Position numbers and translations under genes: made by a program
Assembly (NCBI GenBank): GCA_903851235.1
Contig: CAINNR010000008.1
Span: 1-57,516, forward strand
Direction: 5' to 3'
Length of the DNA: 57,516 nucleotides
From: an uncultured Candidatus Berkelbacteria bacterium
Lineage (GTDB): Bacteria > Patescibacteriota > UBA1384 > XYA2-FULL-43-10 > CAINNR01
Notes under the pieces: generated by a model
The model's input: only the letters and a program-made list of their open reading frames with translations
Database searches by the model: none
What the model was told of the DNA's origin: nothing
Shown: positions 1-9,096 of the stretch, one piece after another
How positions within the stretch are numbered: the stretch's first letter is position 1
How the letters are laid out: every line of letters begins with the position of its first letter

Positions 1-276
1 AGCTTCGGCACCAGTGAAATACCACTCTTCTACTTTCTGGCTTCTAACCCCCCGACCTGAATCGATCGGGAGAGACAGTATCTGATGGGTAGTTTAACTG
101 GGGCGGTTGCCTCCTAAATTGTAACGGAGGCGTTCAAAGGTACACTTACTCCGGATGGAAATCGGAGTGAAAGTATAAAAGCATAAGTGTGCTTGACTGT
201 GAGACTTACAAGTCGAACAGGTGGGAAACCAGGATTTAGTGATCCGGTCCGTATTTATGATAATCGGACCGCTCAT

Positions 277-310
<34 letters not shown>

Positions 311-418
311 TGCATCCAATAGACCACATAGACGATGCAGTTTGGCACCTCGATGTCGGCTCGTCCTATCCTGGGGCTGAAGAAGGTCCCAAGGGTTTGG
401 CTGTTCGCCAATTAAAAG

Positions 419-454
<36 letters not shown>

Positions 455-760
455 AGAGTATGTGCTGTCTATAAATTTGGCTATATGCTGGGAACTCTGT
501 AGTCCTAATAGGACTTGTAGAATCTGGTGATACTTTGTAATAGAAAAGTATGTTGCAAAGTGAGAATTCATCCAGTGCAGACAATCAGCAGGAAAGACTT
601 CAATTAACATATTGAAGAATCCTCAACGACTACACGCCAAAAACCGATTAATGTCGGTTAAGATATAGTCTAAACTGCATAGCGATATGCAGAGTCCGAT
701 TCGCATCGGACCGCCACAGATAAATTTCAGAAATTGACGTGGTTATCAAGTAATAGATTG
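455..760 (+). ncRNA. Group I intron 1 in 23S rRNA (after E. coli-equivalent U2604), 306 nt, no ORF
   Basis: Exon ends in U454 and intron ends in G760; P1 AGACAGT(448-454)/GCTGTCT(464-470) with U.G at the splice site; core elements P ATGCTGGGAAC, Q AATCAGCAGG, R CCTCAACGACTA, S AAGATATAGTC; P3 TTTGGC/GCCAAA. Confidence 0.92.
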
Positions 761-811
761 TCGGTCCTAATCTGCTGTAGGCGTAAAAATTTGAGTGGGT
801 CTGTCCCTAGT

Positions 812-1258
812 AAATTTTTGCTACTTCATAAAGTAATTTATGATGACAAATCGGCTAATAACGGTGAAACCTTTAGAATTTTTGGTCCGTTGATAACTAT
901 TTTGCACTTCGGTCCCGCAAAATAGTACAATATACTTGAGGACCAAAATGAATAAAGGCAATATCGTGGGAAGTCGGTCTAAAAATGATTTTGCTGAACC
1001 AAAAATCATACAAACTTTTCTCATTGGAAGAAAAATGTTTGTTAATAAGCGCAATTCTTGCGATTCAGAATAATAACTATAACTCTGTCCATAAAAAGTG
1101 CAAGCGTGAACTTATTAAAATTTTAGACTTGACCCCGTAACGACTGAGGCTTAAACGCCAAGACTTCAGGTGAAATCTGAGGTAATACGCCGACTCCGTA
1201 ATAGGTTAAGCTAACGGAGAAGATATAGTCTGCGCTCTTAGTGATAAGAGAATAAGCG
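812..1258 (+). ncRNA. Group I intron 2 in 23S rRNA (after E. coli-equivalent U2656, sarcin-ricin loop), 447 nt, IA-like, no long ORF
   Basis: Removing it restores CCTAGT-ACGAGAGGACC; exon ends in U811 and intron ends in G1258; P1 TAGT/GCTA(820-823) with U.G; P GCTAATAACGGTGAAAC, Q AATATCGTGGGAAG, R GTAACGACTGA, S AAGATATAGTC; P7.1/P7.2-type hairpins between R and P3' (GCCGA). Confidence 0.9.
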
Positions 1259-1291
<33 letters not shown>

Positions 1292-1582
1292 GCCAGTTGG
1301 GTGAATCTCACCCATTGCTGGGTAGCCACGTTCGGTTCGGATAAATGCTGAAAGCATATAAGCGTGAAGCCGGCCACAAGATTAGATTTTTGATCCCCAG
1401 TAGACTACTGGGTTGATAGGCTCTAGGTGTAAGACCAGCGATGGTTGTAGCCGTGGAGTACTAATTGATCATTCTGACTTTAACTTTTTATCTCACAACA
1501 AAGTGAGGTTGCTTTGACTAGCGATTACTGACTAAAAATATTTACTATATTTATTTGTTTGAGCTTATAAAATATAGTATTG

Positions 1583-1701
1583 TGTTGGTGCTTATAGCGA
1601 AGTGGGTACACCTCTTCCCATTCCGAACAGAGTCGTTAAGCACTTCAGCCCCGATGGTACTCGGACCGCGAGGTCCCGGGAGAGTAGGACAGCGCCAACA
1701 C
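1583..1701 (+). rRNA. rrf: 5S rRNA
   Basis: Terminal helix TGTTGGTG/CGCCAACA; conserved CCCATTCCGAAC, GTTAAGC, CGATGGTACT, GGAGAGTAGG. Confidence 0.96.
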
Positions 1702-1760
1702 AATGCTATTTTTTTGTTGACTATTGCGTCTTGAAATATTAGATGTTAAAGTTAAAGCAT

Positions 1761-1979
1761 ATGAAAACACGAACAAAAATTATTTTGCCGCTGGCGGTTC
1801 TATTTGTTGGTGTAATGACGGTAATGGTTAGTAAGTCGGCAACCGTTGGTGCTGATACAACGACGCTTAACGCCAACTCCTCGCTTTATTCACTGTTAAC
1901 CGCGGCCGGTTTTCTTCTGATCGCCGTTTCGGCAATTGTCGCACTTTTTATGATCGCTTCAGGCGGAGACAAAAAATAA
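1761..1979 (+). CDS. Small membrane protein (signal-like N-terminus plus C-terminal TM helix)
   Basis: 72-aa ORF with two hydrophobic segments; start chosen at MKTRTK. Confidence 0.7.
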   Translation: MKTRTKIILPLAVLFVGVMTVMVSKSATVGADTTTLNANSSLYSLLTAAGFLLIAVSAIVALFMIASGGDKK

Positions 1980-2034
1980 AACACTCAAAGATGTTAATTT
2001 CAGCGTCAGATAGTGTTTTTTTGTATAGAAAAAA

Positions 2035-2053
2035 CCGACTCGGACAGAGTCGG
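2035..2053 (-). terminator. Intrinsic terminator between convergent genes
   Basis: CCGACTC-GGACA-GAGTCGG hairpin with an A-tract on its left (U-tract on the minus strand). Confidence 0.7.
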
Positions 2054-2089
2054 CGTGTTTAGAGTAATGTTTGGTCTAGAGTTATTAAG

Positions 2090-2395
2090 TTATTGGCTTA
2101 CACAACCTTGTGTCAGTGATTGGATAGCACTGGTAATGGCGGCAGGAAATACAACCTTCCACCTGATGTCATCTTCTGCCTTCTCAACACAATAATCTTG
2201 AATTTTTCCAAGGACTTGTGTCGGGTCAAGTCCCCGAATAGATTCCATGTTTTGTATGTAGGCTGAAAGATCGGTTGCCATATCAGTGGCGGAAATTGTT
2301 CGGGGCTTGTCTTTCCAATCAACCCCACCGTTGATTACTAACATTACACCAAAAGGAATTTCTTTCGGCCACGGACGCTGACCTTTGTCAGCCAT
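2090..2395 (-). CDS. Hypothetical protein
   Basis: ORF with GAAGGGG RBS before ATG (MADKGQ...) and downstream terminator. Confidence 0.7.
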   Translation of the reverse strand: MADKGQRPWPKEIPFGVMLVINGGVDWKDKPRTISATDMATDLSAYIQNMESIRGLDPTQVLGKIQDYCVEKAEDDIRWKVVFPAAITSAIQSLTQGCVSQ

Positions 2396-2463
2396 CGCGA
2401 TCACCCCTTCTTTTTATAGGACTAATTAGAATATACTATTGTTTAGAAAATTCTGCAATGATG

Positions 2464-2808
2464 TTACAACATTATCGCCTGTCGCAGTACCGGAATAATT
2501 TCGCCATAGGCTTTGGCGGCGGCGCGGAAGGCCGAGCGGCCCTTATCATTTAACGAATATACTTTTCGGACTTTTTTGCCGGCGGAAATTTTGTTGATTT
2601 CAACATAACCGCCGCGAAAAAGTTGCTCCAGCGCCGGATAAACCGTTGATTCCGTTGGGTGACAAAGTCCGTCGGAAATCTCTTCAATTCGTTTGACCAA
2701 ACCGTAACCGTGAGCTTCTTTGTCGGCGTAGAGAACTTTTAACAGAAAAAAGCGAATCAAACCCTGGTTTATTAACGACTTCCAATATTTTTCATCTTCG
2801 AAATGCAT
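2464..2808 (-). CDS. PadR-family transcriptional regulator
   Basis: Winged-HTH PadR motifs HGYGLVKRI, TESTVYPALEQL, RKVYSLNDKG. Confidence 0.9.
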   Translation of the reverse strand: MHFEDEKYWKSLINQGLIRFFLLKVLYADKEAHGYGLVKRIEEISDGLCHPTESTVYPALEQLFRGGYVEINKISAGKKVRKVYSLNDKGRSAFRAAAKAYGEIIPVLRQAIML

Positions 2809-2950
2809 TTGGTTTTTTATCAATAAAATAATACAACAATTAAGCAATGAAATTCTGCTGTCCAGGTTTTCATTTTATCCCTTTTGCGACAAAATATCAA
2901 GATCGAAATGAATTTGCTATAATTAGGCTATAATTTATCAGGAGATTATT

Positions 2951-3286
2951 ATGACTGAATTTGGTCCAAAAAATCTTGGCAGTGATATTGATCCGCAAAC
3001 CGGAAATTTTATCAAAACTCCGGAAGTGCCGGCACCAATCGAAGCTGAGGCAGTCGAAACTGACATCAGCCGTTTATTTGCTGACGGATCTGCTGCTGAA
3101 TATATCGAAGTTGCCGGGGCAATCCCAATCGAAGGAATATTGGAGTCACAAGGTAATGAAAGCACTTGGCCGGAGTTGCCGGAAGTGGAAAGAGTTGGCT
3201 ATCGCCAAGAATTTTCTCGATCTGCCGCCGCCGGTGACTACCGGGTAGTTGAAGATGAAACATCATTAATGGCGGAAGCCGCTTAA
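2951..3286 (+). CDS. Hypothetical acidic protein
   Basis: 111-aa ORF with AGGAG RBS. Confidence 0.75.
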   Translation: MTEFGPKNLGSDIDPQTGNFIKTPEVPAPIEAEAVETDISRLFADGSAAEYIEVAGAIPIEGILESQGNESTWPELPEVERVGYRQEFSRSAAAGDYRVVEDETSLMAEAA

Positions 3287-3302
3287 ATAAAAGGAGATTA
3301 TT

Positions 3303-4301
3303 ATGTCAGACAGAACTGGCCCAGATTCAGGAGAGTTAGGTTTGAGAGAAGAAGAGATGCAAACTCCGGAACAAAGAGCCGAGCTGGCGGAATTCAGAAA
3401 GCTTTCTGATCCAACAATGGATAAATATTGGGTCGAAGGGGGAGCTCCTTTTGGTTTGCCCCGTGAAGAGGTTGTTGCGAGAATATCAGTCAGGAGGTTT
3501 AAAGCGGTAGAGACAGCTGACGTAGCCTATGACAGTGATTTATTGCAGGATGTTCAGTCGATCGTAGCAACTATCAACGAAACCAGTGGGCAGCATTATT
3601 ATTTAGGTAAATACCCACTGGCGGTTGTTGAATACAACCTAGCATTGGCGCGAGGCGAAGATTCTGGAATCGATCCAAAAGAAATTGCCTATATTGCTGG
3701 CGAGATGGACAAGTATTTTAAACAATCAACCGGGAAAACTTTAGCGGAGTGGGCCAAGGAGTATGTCCAGTCGCATGAAGAAGTTGTTGTTCACAGGGAA
3801 GCTGACACAGCTTTTTTTGATCTTCTTGAAAGAGATTATAATCGACATAATATTAGTTTGGGAAATTTATCGCCGATTTTAGCAGAATATATTAAAAATC
3901 AAGGAATTGATAGTTTGGACCCTCAGTCAGCTCTTGGATTACTGGCCGAAAAAGATTTTGTTGTTCCCTCTGAGTGGAGCGATGAAGTGGCGGAAACCGC
4001 GGAGGGAAGAGATCTTCTTGAAATTATAGGGAAGATAAAGACAGATTTTCAAGCAGAGGAGATAGCTGATACACTGGAGGCAAATTATGCTGACGTTACT
4101 CCGGAAGAGTTAAAATTGGCGACGATTACAGTGGCAGATATTTTAGCCGTTGTTTCATTTAACATTGAAGCTCCAAAAGATTGGGACTCTTGTGATGAAG
4201 AGTTTAAGGCATTAATCAAGGCTGTAATGTCAAAACTTGAAACTAAACTTGGTGGCAAAGTTAGAAAGAGTAAGGGGGAGCCGGTGGTAAAATTTTTATA
4301 A
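3303..4301 (+). CDS. Hypothetical acidic helical protein
   Basis: 332-aa ORF with AGGAG RBS, 6 bp upstream of mutM. Confidence 0.8.
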   Translation: MSDRTGPDSGELGLREEEMQTPEQRAELAEFRKLSDPTMDKYWVEGGAPFGLPREEVVARISVRRFKAVETADVAYDSDLLQDVQSIVATINETSGQHYYLGKYPLAVVEYNLALARGEDSGIDPKEIAYIAGEMDKYFKQSTGKTLAEWAKEYVQSHEEVVVHREADTAFFDLLERDYNRHNISLGNLSPILAEYIKNQGIDSLDPQSALGLLAEKDFVVPSEWSDEVAETAEGRDLLEIIGKIKTDFQAEEIADTLEANYADVTPEELKLATITVADILAVVSFNIEAPKDWDSCDEEFKALIKAVMSKLETKLGGKVRKSKGEPVVKFL

Positions 4302-4307
4302 TTATTT

Positions 4308-5180
4308 ATGCCAGAGTTACCGGAAGTTGAAACAATAAGACTGGGTTTGAAGAAAGCGATCGTTGGCAAAACGATCGCTGGTGTTGATGTTCGCGTGCCG
4401 AAACTTTTTCATGGCGACAAAAAATCTATCATTGGGAAAAAAGTTTTGGATGTAGGTCGTCGGGCTAAGCAAATTATTATCGATGTTGAAGGCGACAATG
4501 ATCTACTTATCCATCTAAAGATGACCGGACAGTTGATATACAGACCAAAGCAGGAATCAGGGGTTGCAAGTCATGGACAGATAGCCGGTGGGCACCCAAG
4601 TAAGGACTGGACAGCAGTTTTGCCGAACGGAACGACTCACATCATTTTCGATTTTTCCGATGGCTCAAAACTGTTTTTTAACGATCTGCGAAAGTTTGGT
4701 TGGATAAAAATATTTGAGGCAAAAGAGCTAAAGCACAAATTGACCGAAGAACTTGGCGTCGAACCATTTGACAAGGAATTTACAACCGATGAATTGGCAA
4801 AGATTATTTCGAAAAAATCAAATTGGAATATTAAAAAAATACTGACCGATCAAACTTTAATTTCCGGCATCGGTAATATTTATGCCGACGAATCATTGTT
4901 TTGGGCCGGGATTTTACCGACCAGGATTGCCAAAACAATAAAGTATGACGAAGTATTACGACTTCATACTTCCATCATCAAGGCGCTCCAAATTGGTTTG
5001 AAATATGGCGGTTCATCAGAAAACACCTACTACAAAATCGATGGCGCAAAGGGTCAGGCGCAGGAACATTTTCAAGTTTACGCCCAAGAAGGAAAAAAGT
5101 GCAAACGATGCGGTGGTGTAATTCAAAAAATTAAATTAAACGGTCGCGGAACACATTTTTGTCCAGGTTGTCAGAAATAA
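4308..5180 (+). CDS. mutM: Formamidopyrimidine-DNA glycosylase
   Basis: N-terminal MPELPEVE, HLKMTG, GIGNIYADE, C-terminal zinc finger CKRCG...GRGTHFCPGCQ. Confidence 0.97.
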   Translation: MPELPEVETIRLGLKKAIVGKTIAGVDVRVPKLFHGDKKSIIGKKVLDVGRRAKQIIIDVEGDNDLLIHLKMTGQLIYRPKQESGVASHGQIAGGHPSKDWTAVLPNGTTHIIFDFSDGSKLFFNDLRKFGWIKIFEAKELKHKLTEELGVEPFDKEFTTDELAKIISKKSNWNIKKILTDQTLISGIGNIYADESLFWAGILPTRIAKTIKYDEVLRLHTSIIKALQIGLKYGGSSENTYYKIDGAKGQAQEHFQVYAQEGKKCKRCGGVIQKIKLNGRGTHFCPGCQK

Positions 5181-5242
5181 ACTATTGAATAGTTTTCAAA
5201 ACGCTGTTATACTCTATCCATCCTGTCCGACGGAGGCAATAT

Positions 5243-5449
5243 ATGGCTAGCCGAGGCTACGGCCCGCTTGTGGCCGGTTGGGTTTCAACAATTTTCAGTC
5301 AACCGCTAAATGTCAGTAGTGGTCGTCGGTGTCCAGAATCGATTACTAGTCAATTGACCGACGATTTGCTTCCTGTTGCCGACCGGGATGTTAGTAAAAC
5401 CGATCCGGTTACAGAAATAGCACTCGCAGAAGTTATAAATCAACTTTAA
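5243..5449 (+). CDS. Small hypothetical protein with own promoter and terminator
   Basis: TTGAAT-N17-TATACT (5185-5213), GGAGG RBS, hairpin plus T-tract at ~5452-5482. Confidence 0.6.
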   Translation: MASRGYGPLVAGWVSTIFSQPLNVSSGRRCPESITSQLTDDLLPVADRDVSKTDPVTEIALAEVINQL

Positions 5450-5495
5450 TCCACGCCACAGCGATAAGCTGGGCGTTTTTTGTTATACTGATTTT

Positions 5496-6236
5496 ATGCA
5501 TTTAAAAACACAAGGCATTGTAATCAAGCGAATGAATTTTGGCGAGGCCGATAGAATTCTGACGATTTTAACCGAGAGTCAGGGGAAAATTAAGGCAATC
5601 GCTAAAGGTTCGCGCAAAATTTTGGCGAAACTTGGCGGCTCACTGGAGCCGTTTTGTTTAGTCGACTTTATTTTTCATGAAGGCAAAAGTTTCTACATTG
5701 TAACGTCAGCAGTTGTCATCAAACATTTTGAAAAAATCCATACCGACATTGACAAAACTTCAAAAGCATTTTACATCGGCGAGCTACTGGACAAGTTTAT
5801 AGAAGTCGGTCAAAAACATCCGGAGGTTTTCCATCTATTTGCGAAATATTTAGAAAATTTAGAAAATGCCGACGACAAAATTTTAATTCCGGTTTTTTCA
5901 GCCAAGATATTGGAAGCACTCGGTTTCAAACCGGTAACATCGGAGTGTTTGCATTGTCGAAATAAGTTAGTACCAGAGCAGAATTTTTGGGATGACATTG
6001 AAGGTGGTGTAATTTGTCAAAAGTGTCATGATAAATTCGGTCATGGAAAAGAGATTTCAAATGATGTGATAAAAATTTTGCGGCTGGTTTTTTCGTCGGA
6101 GTTTAGTCTTGGCTCGAAAATTAACATTAATGACAAATACAAAAACCAAACCGCCGCGGTTTTGGAGAGTTATATTGAAGGCATTATCGAACGTGAGCTA
6201 AAAAGCAAAAAATTTATGAAAGATATCTGCAGTTGA
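5496..6236 (+). CDS. recO: DNA repair protein RecO
   Basis: GEADRILTILT...GKIKAIAKG N-terminal OB motif; CLHC...GGVICQKC zinc finger. Confidence 0.95.
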   Translation: MHLKTQGIVIKRMNFGEADRILTILTESQGKIKAIAKGSRKILAKLGGSLEPFCLVDFIFHEGKSFYIVTSAVVIKHFEKIHTDIDKTSKAFYIGELLDKFIEVGQKHPEVFHLFAKYLENLENADDKILIPVFSAKILEALGFKPVTSECLHCRNKLVPEQNFWDDIEGGVICQKCHDKFGHGKEISNDVIKILRLVFSSEFSLGSKININDKYKNQTAAVLESYIEGIIERELKSKKFMKDICS

Positions 6237-6297
6237 AACTTAAGCTAAAATTGTAGATTAATTTGAAATAAAAAAAATGGCGCCGGGTTTGGCGCCA

Positions 6298-7419
6298 TTA
6301 TGCATTTGGTTCTTGATCAATACCGATCCTTTTTTTGCCAGCCCCTCTCCCTGGCTTTGCAACTCTTTTCTTGGGATATTCAAGTTCGAAACCCCGAGGC
6401 GGGTTTACGCTATTTTGGTTCAGTTCAAACGGACCGACTATCGCAACAACCTTGCCGGTTGTTTTAAAAACCAGGCCGGGTTTTCGGTTGATAATTCTTT
6501 GTCGAGCGACCATTTCGATACTCTCAATACCGGTACCGGTCTTGGCCAGCAGTGCTAACCGTTGGCCAACCCGGATTTCCGGATCAAGTTCACGGATAAT
6601 ATTTGGAATCTGTACCGAATCAACATCGATCCCATCGACTCCACTACTTTGAGGAATGATGCTATCCGGACTGCCACCGATAATCTGAAATCTTAAGACT
6701 TGGTTGTCGAACCTGTCAAAGAGTGAAGCTTCGGGCATCCTTTTTGTCGGATCCTTGCCCTGGCTCAAAGCTATTTCAGTACTTTCAAAGTTGCGTGAGT
6801 AGAGTTTTGCTTCGCGACCCAAGAACAACGGTACCACACTGATATCTCTTCTTATCCAGTTTTTCGAGTTTACAAATCCGGAACTTGTGACATAAAAAAT
6901 CTCATCGGCTGTGACGATAACGCAATTGCGGATTCTGCTGAAGTTAACACGGTCTATTACCGGTCCAACCGGTGTTGTGACTGCGCTCATTGTCAGGTGT
7001 TCAATGAGTCGAAGTTCGAAATTGCGCATTGCTTCCAACCTGGCAACAAGGCCTTTATTTCGTCTCTGCTGTTTTGAAATTGTCGCTTCGGCGTGTTTCA
7101 GGTCATCGCTCATTCCTCTCATCCGTGAAAAACCCGGTGTCGAGGAACTTGCCATCTCCTGAAGTGCGGCGGAGAATGCTTCGTCTGTTGTTTGATTCAA
7201 CATCGATAATGCGGAGTTTACTTCGGCCATTCCAGCCTTTTGATCGTCCGGCGCATCAATCATTTGCGCGTCTGGGTAAAGACCGGTTGCAATTCCACGG
7301 TATAGTTGACCGGAAATCCAAGTCTTTAGATCAAGTGGATTGTCCTGGTATCTTTTTGCCAAATTGGGGCTTAGGCCGAAAGCGGAAAAAACTCTGTCAA
7401 GATCAAGCGGAGTGTCCAT
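6298..7419 (-). CDS. Hypothetical protein, second gene of a two-gene operon
   Basis: 373-aa ORF starting 2 bp after the upstream stop; terminator TGGCGCC hairpin plus T-tract just after its stop. Confidence 0.8.
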   Translation of the reverse strand: MDTPLDLDRVFSAFGLSPNLAKRYQDNPLDLKTWISGQLYRGIATGLYPDAQMIDAPDDQKAGMAEVNSALSMLNQTTDEAFSAALQEMASSSTPGFSRMRGMSDDLKHAEATISKQQRRNKGLVARLEAMRNFELRLIEHLTMSAVTTPVGPVIDRVNFSRIRNCVIVTADEIFYVTSSGFVNSKNWIRRDISVVPLFLGREAKLYSRNFESTEIALSQGKDPTKRMPEASLFDRFDNQVLRFQIIGGSPDSIIPQSSGVDGIDVDSVQIPNIIRELDPEIRVGQRLALLAKTGTGIESIEMVARQRIINRKPGLVFKTTGKVVAIVGPFELNQNSVNPPRGFELEYPKKRVAKPGRGAGKKRIGIDQEPNA

Positions 7420-7421
7420 GA

Positions 7422-7940
7422 CTAATACTCCTCCGGATTATCGAAAGCCAGATTCGGTGGGTCGCAAGGTTTTCCCTGAAATTCTCGAACCTTATTTGTC
7501 CCACGCGAGTGTCCTCCGCGACGGCCCCACATCTGACGATCGCGAAGCGTTCTTGAAACCTCGAGATCGATGGCTTCATCTATTGCCGTCTCATCGCCGT
7601 GTGTCTCCAAGTAAATATCAACCATTTTCGCACAACTAACTCCTTGACTAACTCCCTCGAGACACATTTCAACCGCAACCTGTGCTTCCTTGGCGTTAAT
7701 ACCTCCGTTTACAATCAATTGGCGAACAATGCTTTTGGCATGACGAAAACGAAGTTGATGTTTTTTTGCTACGTCATCAAGTTCTTCACACTCAGCAAGC
7801 GAGATTCCAAGCTTTGTTAAACCTCGGATTGAAACGATCGGCGCATTGATTTGCAATGACAATCTTTCAATCGGCGAAACGGTTTGTGCTACAACAATTC
7901 CTGTTGTTTCTTTGGTCGGCGTCTCAGTCGGTTTTTTCAT
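7422..7940 (-). CDS. Hypothetical protein
   Basis: GAGGGAGG RBS before MKKPTE; promoter TTGACA-N17-TATAGT on the minus strand (8010-7982). Confidence 0.8.
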   Translation of the reverse strand: MKKPTETPTKETTGIVVAQTVSPIERLSLQINAPIVSIRGLTKLGISLAECEELDDVAKKHQLRFRHAKSIVRQLIVNGGINAKEAQVAVEMCLEGVSQGVSCAKMVDIYLETHGDETAIDEAIDLEVSRTLRDRQMWGRRGGHSRGTNKVREFQGKPCDPPNLAFDNPEEY

Positions 7941-8139
7941 TGCGGTTCCTCCCTCGTTGTTAAGGTCCAAAAAGCATTCTTACTATATCGGGTTAGAATT
8001 AATTTGTCAATGGTCTTTGCTAATATTTTACTTAAAAATTAATCATGATAAATTTATCGATATCGATTAAAAATAAAAACGCCGTTGTCCCGGATGGGGG
8101 CAACGGCGTCGGTCGGTGTTACGATGGTGAAACGCTGGG

Positions 8140-8952
8140 TCAGAAGCCCATGGCTGCGGCCATAGACGCCTTTCTCAAGGTTGTCAGGTTCTCTGAGCAG
8201 TATGTGGCGGTGGTCCGGTTGAAGACCATCTCCGGATCGCTGGGGTGACCAGCAGCGTCAAAGTATGTCCACCCCTGCTCGGGTGCCTCCATCTTCATGT
8301 CGAGCATCAAGGCTGTGCGGTAGATCGCAGTCGTGACAGTAGCCACAGTCTTGATCTCGCCGAAGCTATTGCCCAGCTCTTCCATAACCCGGGCGATGAC
8401 ACCACGGTTGCCCGATTTGGGGTCGGGGTTGCATATCGTGACGATCCGGATGTCAGGGTATCTCTTCTTGATGACTCCGGCTGCGCCCTCACAGATCTTG
8501 ATCTCTTCATCAGCCTTAGGAGCGAAGTCCTCAACCGTGACTTGCTCGGCTTTGTTGGTTGGCCGGTTCGAGCCAGCGAAGACCAGAACCTTGGCGCCCG
8601 CCTTACCGCGAGCAATGGCTTCGGCCGCGTAGCAGGCGCGATGGAGCGGGGACCGACGAGCACCTCCAAGTGCGATGACCACATCCCAGTCGCCCTCGAG
8701 TCGCTTTTCGTTGAACATTCCCAACTCGCGTGCGAGGATCATTGTGGCGCGCCGCTGTTGCGGCTCCCACTGAGTCTCATCCTCCTCAAGCTGGAAGCGA
8801 ACCAGATCACGTCCGCCTTTGTAGCGCGGATTGGCCTGTTCACAGGCTTTCAGAAACGCTTCCGGCTCTGTGAACGGATCGGCATCAATGCCGATCTCTT
8901 CGAGGAACAACTGTGCAGCATCGCTTCTCAACAACAGATTGCCTGACAACAT
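8140..8952 (-). CDS. Hypothetical protein, possible distant YdcF/DUF218-like Rossmannoid fold; GC-rich
   Basis: AGGAGG RBS; DVVIALGGA, VFAGSNR and VATVTTAIY segments; promoter TTGACT-N17-TAGACT (9031-9003); fold call tentative. Confidence 0.7.
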   Translation of the reverse strand: MLSGNLLLRSDAAQLFLEEIGIDADPFTEPEAFLKACEQANPRYKGGRDLVRFQLEEDETQWEPQQRRATMILARELGMFNEKRLEGDWDVVIALGGARRSPLHRACYAAEAIARGKAGAKVLVFAGSNRPTNKAEQVTVEDFAPKADEEIKICEGAAGVIKKRYPDIRIVTICNPDPKSGNRGVIARVMEELGNSFGEIKTVATVTTAIYRTALMLDMKMEAPEQGWTYFDAAGHPSDPEMVFNRTTATYCSENLTTLRKASMAAAMGF

Positions 8953-9096
8953 GTTCGTTCGCCTCCTGGGATAGATGCTACCCTTTACTGGGTGCTGTTT
9001 GCAGTCTAGCACGAAGAGAACAAAAAGTCAATGGTTGAAGACGGAAATTTAAAATGATAAGATAAAAACAGAATAAGTAATTATGGATCAGAAATT

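Noticed and set aside
455-1258. Homing endonuclease genes in the introns (ORFs 734-925 +, 821-1054 -)
   Set aside because: Short, cross exon boundaries or lie antisense, and lack LAGLIDADG/GIY-YIG/HNH motifs
8245-8946. Long antisense ORFs over GC-rich genes (8245-8946 +, also 51518-52399 +)
   Set aside because: Expected from stop-codon scarcity at high GC; promoter, RBS and terminator all support the minus-strand frames
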